DNA of 64,000 nt, from NCBI RefSeq assembly GCF_900539295.1, contig NZ_UQBH01000005.1:2275-66274 (forward strand), in the 5' to 3' direction. The DNA is from an uncultured Megasphaera sp. (GTDB lineage Bacteria > Bacillota > Negativicutes > Veillonellales > Megasphaeraceae). The notes under the pieces are model-generated. The model did no database searches. It had not been told where the DNA came from and was given only the letters and a program-made list of their open reading frames with translations. Made by a program: the position numbers and the translations under genes. Positions 60,004 to 64,000 of this stretch are shown one piece after another. Every line of letters starts with the position of its first letter. The first letter of the stretch is position 1.

Positions 60004-62016
60004 TTAGATATGGCGAACCATCCATGCCGTCAATGATACATAGTCCGAAGCTAAACGTTCTCCTCGATTACCAGCAACATTATATTTTTCACGCAAATCA
60101 ATCGTCGCCTCACCTTGAGCTTCGGCCTTTCCAGACATTACCTCACCCAATTCATCTGTCGTCATCCATTGCTTTGGAGTCACAATATACTCTGGCTGTT
60201 CCTGTGTTAGTGATGGATAAAGCGAATAATACGTAAAACCTTTAGGTGCAATCAATTCAAAAACCGTAGGCATAATATTCAAATGAGTCCCTATCGTCGC
60301 CCCCGAAAACCAGTCTTGCGAAAGATCCCGATGATGAATTAACAGCGGTGTACAATATAATTCACGAAACAGATAGTCTCGCGGCACCAACGATGAGTTG
60401 CCTAAGTCCCCATACAAACTGGAATGATCTCCCGTATAAATAAAGAGACTATCGGGAAAAGCATCCTTCATTTCAGCAATAAACTGACTTACAGCTTGGT
60501 CAGCATAGCGCGCTGTTCCCAAAGCGCGGCAGCGGCTTTCACTATCTCTAATATCTGTTTTAATAGTACTATCAAAAACAGACTTATCAAAATTTAATAC
60601 GTCATATTTCAATTTATAAGGACCATGGTTCGATGTCGTATAAATAAAATGAAATGTCGGTTCTTCAAAATTCTTGATTCGTCTGGCAGCTTCTTTTAAA
60701 AATACATGATCGTATACACCAACCCAAGTCTGAGGCGCCTTAGGTCCACAAAAAGAAGTTGCACTTTCGACACAGTCAAAACCTTGAGCGATACCAAAAT
60801 GATTAAAGTTACCATTTGACGCATTGCCACCATACCAGTAAATCGTTCGGTAACCTAATTTTTTCATCTGACCGGCAAATGTCGTAGGAACACTTTTTTT
60901 CCAAAATAATTCCATCTCATTTAGTTCTAACTGTGCGTCATAGATTCCCGCCATCAAAGAAACGATGGATGGTCTGGAAATATTTCCAGCCGGTAAAAAT
61001 TTATTAAAATAGACTGTATTAGGATTATTAATCAAAGCCTTGGTTCCATCCATTATATGCAATCCAGCATATAATGGATCAAGTGCCCATTGCGGTACAC
61101 TCTCTCCAACAATAAGGAACACATGCTTCGGCTTTTTGATTTTGGCTCCCTGTGCAGTACGGACAAATGCCATCAGAGGATTTTCTAAAGACTGCCAGTT
61201 TAAAAAATAGTCATTGGGCATGATATCTGTAATGTGCTGCACTAAGTCTTCATCACTATACTGCATTTCATCTGCCAACGGTTTCCGACGCACCCATTTT
61301 AGCGCTACCAAATCGTCGATACATGCTCTAGCTAAGAAAGAATCTTCCTTGACAATTGAAGGAATTGTATCCCATTCCGGCTTATTTCGATGGTCTAAGG
61401 TACCTCCGAATCTGACCCAATAAAAACCGACGATAGCTAAGACAAAGACAAGCACATTAAAAGTATATTTCTCAACAGGTAAATCGAAGATAGGCAATCC
61501 AATAGAAGGTATGCTCTGCAAAGCAAGACAAGCTAATAAAACTAAAATAGTATATGGTATATATCCAATCAAGATCCATGCACCATAATCTTCATGAAAA
61601 AAAACATCGATAAGATTGCGTTTTTCCGCATTTTTACCCATGTTAAGCAAATAATTATATGTATCATGAAAATGGCGATAGAAAATCAGTTTCCCCATAA
61701 ACGCCGTATATAAAATCACGGCATAAATACCGCCAATACTTAATCGAAGTTCCAGACCATGCACTCTAAAAAAGTCAAAAAAGGCCGCGGGAATCGAAAT
61801 TAAAACGAAAGAAACCAAAAACACATAAGCGTTAAAATCCATCCCCCACCAAAACCCATATCGAAAACATTCAAAAAGGGCTTTTCCTCTGCCACTAAAT
61901 GAAGAGTACGGTTGATATATTTTTATAAAGGCTAGTCTAAACACAGCACTCAAAATCGGAAAAAATAAAAATAATTTAATATCCTGTTGCAAGCCATAAA
62001 AGAAATATTCAAACAT
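60004..62016 (-). CDS. LTA synthase/sulfatase-family (phosphoglycerol transferase-like) membrane protein
   Basis: N-terminal polytopic membrane domain plus an extracellular alkaline-phosphatase-superfamily domain (LIVGESVP..., ...YTGDHS...); 670 aa; low GC. Confidence 0.65.
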   Translation of the reverse strand: MFEYFFYGLQQDIKLFLFFPILSAVFRLAFIKIYQPYSSFSGRGKALFECFRYGFWWGMDFNAYVFLVSFVLISIPAAFFDFFRVHGLELRLSIGGIYAVILYTAFMGKLIFYRHFHDTYNYLLNMGKNAEKRNLIDVFFHEDYGAWILIGYIPYTILVLLACLALQSIPSIGLPIFDLPVEKYTFNVLVFVLAIVGFYWVRFGGTLDHRNKPEWDTIPSIVKEDSFLARACIDDLVALKWVRRKPLADEMQYSDEDLVQHITDIMPNDYFLNWQSLENPLMAFVRTAQGAKIKKPKHVFLIVGESVPQWALDPLYAGLHIMDGTKALINNPNTVYFNKFLPAGNISRPSIVSLMAGIYDAQLELNEMELFWKKSVPTTFAGQMKKLGYRTIYWYGGNASNGNFNHFGIAQGFDCVESATSFCGPKAPQTWVGVYDHVFLKEAARRIKNFEEPTFHFIYTTSNHGPYKLKYDVLNFDKSVFDSTIKTDIRDSESRCRALGTARYADQAVSQFIAEMKDAFPDSLFIYTGDHSSLYGDLGNSSLVPRDYLFRELYCTPLLIHHRDLSQDWFSGATIGTHLNIMPTVFELIAPKGFTYYSLYPSLTQEQPEYIVTPKQWMTTDELGEVMSGKAEAQGEATIDLREKYNVAGNRGERLASDYVSLTAWMVRHI

Positions 62017-62286
62017 AAAAGCTCTCCTTATACTGTCTACTCGGCTGGATTAATATGCATATTCGAATGCTATTAGTCTAACGATCAAAGCACCTATATA
62101 GTTTTAACTGACAAGGTTTGCGGTAAATAATTCTATAAATAATATAGACGATGTCTCTATTATTATCTTCAACACTTCAATGTAATACAATCCCTCTAAT
62201 GGAATCAAAAATAAAAGTTCAATCACATTAATATATACATCAAACAAATAACAAAAATACACCTAGAAGATATTATCTTATCAGCT

Positions 62287-63519
62287 CTAAGTACGTAATT
62301 TGTTTCTATTCACATCGGATACTTCTCTTAACTGAATCATTAAAGCTAATATGAACCACAAAGTTCGAATTACAGATGACAGACGATAGGTCGGCTGAAA
62401 AACACCAAAAAGTACCATTCCCGCTAAAAATACCGTAAAGAAAATCAAGTCACAAGGATTTCTATGCTCTAGCCACCGTTTAAAGGGCGAAATCAGAAAA
62501 AATCCGTAGAAATACAGCAAGCCTAAAAAACCAATAGTTCCGGTTTCAGCCAATAATTGCATATAATTACTGTGGGCATGCGGTAAATTTTGAGTCTCTT
62601 CCGCATATCGGTATCCTTTATTTTTATAATACCAGTTCCAATTATTTAGTCCAACCCCATTGATTGGATAATCCTTAAACATATCAACGCTCGCCTTCCA
62701 GGCCCATATACGATCAACATTTGATTTATTAGTTGTCGTATTCATTGTGGTAGATAAACGTTCCACGTATTTAGGACTACTTCCAATAGTGCCACCGATC
62801 AGTAAAAGTATAATCAAAACAATCCCTGCAATCTTTTTGCTGTTCCGCAAATAATAAAACAAATAAAAGGGAGCAACTAAAGCGCTGACTAAAAATGCAC
62901 CTCTTCCAAAACATCCAAAAAGTCCGGCAATCGAACTAATCACACCTAAAAGTGCAAATTTTTTAATATTTTTATCAAAAGATGAATCCAAAAGAATAAT
63001 AGCTGACAGAGCCAAAACCATACAAATAATCGCGGTCAAATCCAGATAGTCGCCATGAAACCCACGGCCTCTCTCCCAATGCAAGATAAAAAACTGATAA
63101 CAAGCCACAAAACAATCTATCGAAAAAACGCCTAAAAAACCCGCTAATATCTTTAATAAATACTCTTTCTGCCGTACAAAAGCAACGATTAAAACAAAGA
63201 CCATAAAGCGCCAAACCCAATCGCCTAAAAAATAGTAAAATGTGGCAGCTTTATTATCAACGTCAATAATAGAAAATAAGGCCGCTGCAAAAAAAATCCC
63301 TACTGCTTTCATATACTTCTTTGCCAAAGGATTTAATTCTAATCTTTTCCCGTTTTTCCACCATAAGTAAACCCCCATCAGAGTTGCTAGCGCTAGTGAA
63401 ATTTGAGAAACAGCTGTGGATAATCGAGTTAAGCAAACTCCCAGTCCAATCAAAACGGCCATCACAATCTCAAAAACTGGTGCTGATTGGTAAAAGCTTA
63501 TTTTATTATTGTTCTCCAT
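62287..63519 (-). CDS. O-antigen ligase/polymerase (WaaL/Wzy-like) family membrane protein
   Basis: 410 aa with 10 or more transmembrane segments and a periplasmic loop carrying a Wzy_C-like pattern; low GC. Confidence 0.6.
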   Translation of the reverse strand: MENNNKISFYQSAPVFEIVMAVLIGLGVCLTRLSTAVSQISLALATLMGVYLWWKNGKRLELNPLAKKYMKAVGIFFAAALFSIIDVDNKAATFYYFLGDWVWRFMVFVLIVAFVRQKEYLLKILAGFLGVFSIDCFVACYQFFILHWERGRGFHGDYLDLTAIICMVLALSAIILLDSSFDKNIKKFALLGVISSIAGLFGCFGRGAFLVSALVAPFYLFYYLRNSKKIAGIVLIILLLIGGTIGSSPKYVERLSTTMNTTTNKSNVDRIWAWKASVDMFKDYPINGVGLNNWNWYYKNKGYRYAEETQNLPHAHSNYMQLLAETGTIGFLGLLYFYGFFLISPFKRWLEHRNPCDLIFFTVFLAGMVLFGVFQPTYRLSSVIRTLWFILALMIQLREVSDVNRNKLRT

Positions 63520-64000
63520 TTTATATTCACCATCTAGATTAGATTTATTATTTCAAAAGCTATTCGAATAACTTTTCCATATATTCCCACTCAGAAATAA
63601 TAATTTTTTAATAGATATACTTTCAAGATAAAGCCTATATCCTCAGCCTTGATTTCACAGAAGAACTTGTACCTTCCTTATACCATCCATCAATGTTTCC
63701 ACCATTAAATCATTATAGATATTCATAAATGGCCTATAGATATTAAATTGACAAACAGCGCTATAATACATAGCTCATCGAACCATTGGATTGAGAGAAA
63801 AAGCATATCCAGCCTCAAACTATTTGAATAAATGATACAATTCATCATTCTCTACTAATTGATTAAAAACTATTTGTGCTGTAATATTTTTCATGCATTT
63901 CACCGTCTTACACTTACGTGCAGTTTCATCATTGCATGGTGAACATTCATAGTTTAAATATATTGGCGTACATTTTTTCTAGGCGCCCAACGTGAAGGTA

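Noticed and set aside
59759-60025. 88-aa minus-strand ORF from the track (MDGSPYLSVEAIFMSFF...)
   Set aside because: No similarity to anything recognisable. The adjacent frame encodes a conserved epimerase C-terminus, so the region is better explained as a gene remnant.
1-64000. CRISPR arrays, tRNA or rRNA genes, transposases and integrases
   Set aside because: Scanning found no regularly spaced direct repeats, no tRNA-like cloverleaf candidates in intergenic regions, and no transposase or integrase-like ORFs, not even at the boundary of the low-GC island.

Overview
The window is a high-GC (about 55%) chromosomal segment that looks Firmicutes or Negativicutes-like (possibly Megasphaera-like, judged from a Pct-type CoA-transferase and B. 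subtilis-type synteny). It is mostly housekeeping and almost entirely transcribed from the minus strand.

Genes in order:
- lepA (partial), mnmA and an iscS/nifS-like cysteine desulfurase.
- topB, then a standalone OLD-family ATPase/TOPRIM nuclease.
- A glycogen operon, glgC-glgD-glgP-glgB-glgA, ending in an unusual 1,137-aa fusion of a GH13 neopullulanase-like domain with a GH77 4-alpha-glucanotransferase.
- A yrrL-yrrM-yrrN-yrrO-like tRNA ho5U/mo5U cluster (mltG, trmR, U32 peptidase, DUF4911).
- A secreted DUF4127-like protein, a TRIC channel, tadA, galU, glf, an S58 peptidase, dcd, a TPR protein with a cold-shock-like C-terminus, etfAB and an OPT transporter.
- A lower-GC accessory patch: a zinc-ribbon membrane protein, a YbjN-like protein, an HTH-XRE regulator fused to a desulfoferrodoxin-like module, two paralogous secreted proteins and a PepSY protein.
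- A MATE transporter, two LysR regulators, a MarR plus YczE-like pair, DUF421 and DUF4363, mscL with a C-terminal zinc ribbon, fumC and a Pct-like CoA-transferase.
- A pur operon, purE-purF-purM-purN-purH'-purD, in which purH encodes only the IMP cyclohydrolase domain.
- A UvrD-like helicase carrying an inserted DEDDh exonuclease, a split chrA pair and ogt.
- A clearly low-GC (about 33-35%) cell-surface island at the 3' end (GNAT/CelD-like, LtaS-like and O-antigen ligase-like genes) that contains a host-GC remnant of an NAD-dependent epimerase gene.

No rRNA, tRNA or CRISPR array was seen. Several strong rho-independent terminators and one sigma70-like promoter are visible.

The best candidates for an undescribed system are the standalone OLD nuclease beside topB, the HTH-desulfoferrodoxin fusion regulator, and the helicase with an inserted exonuclease.
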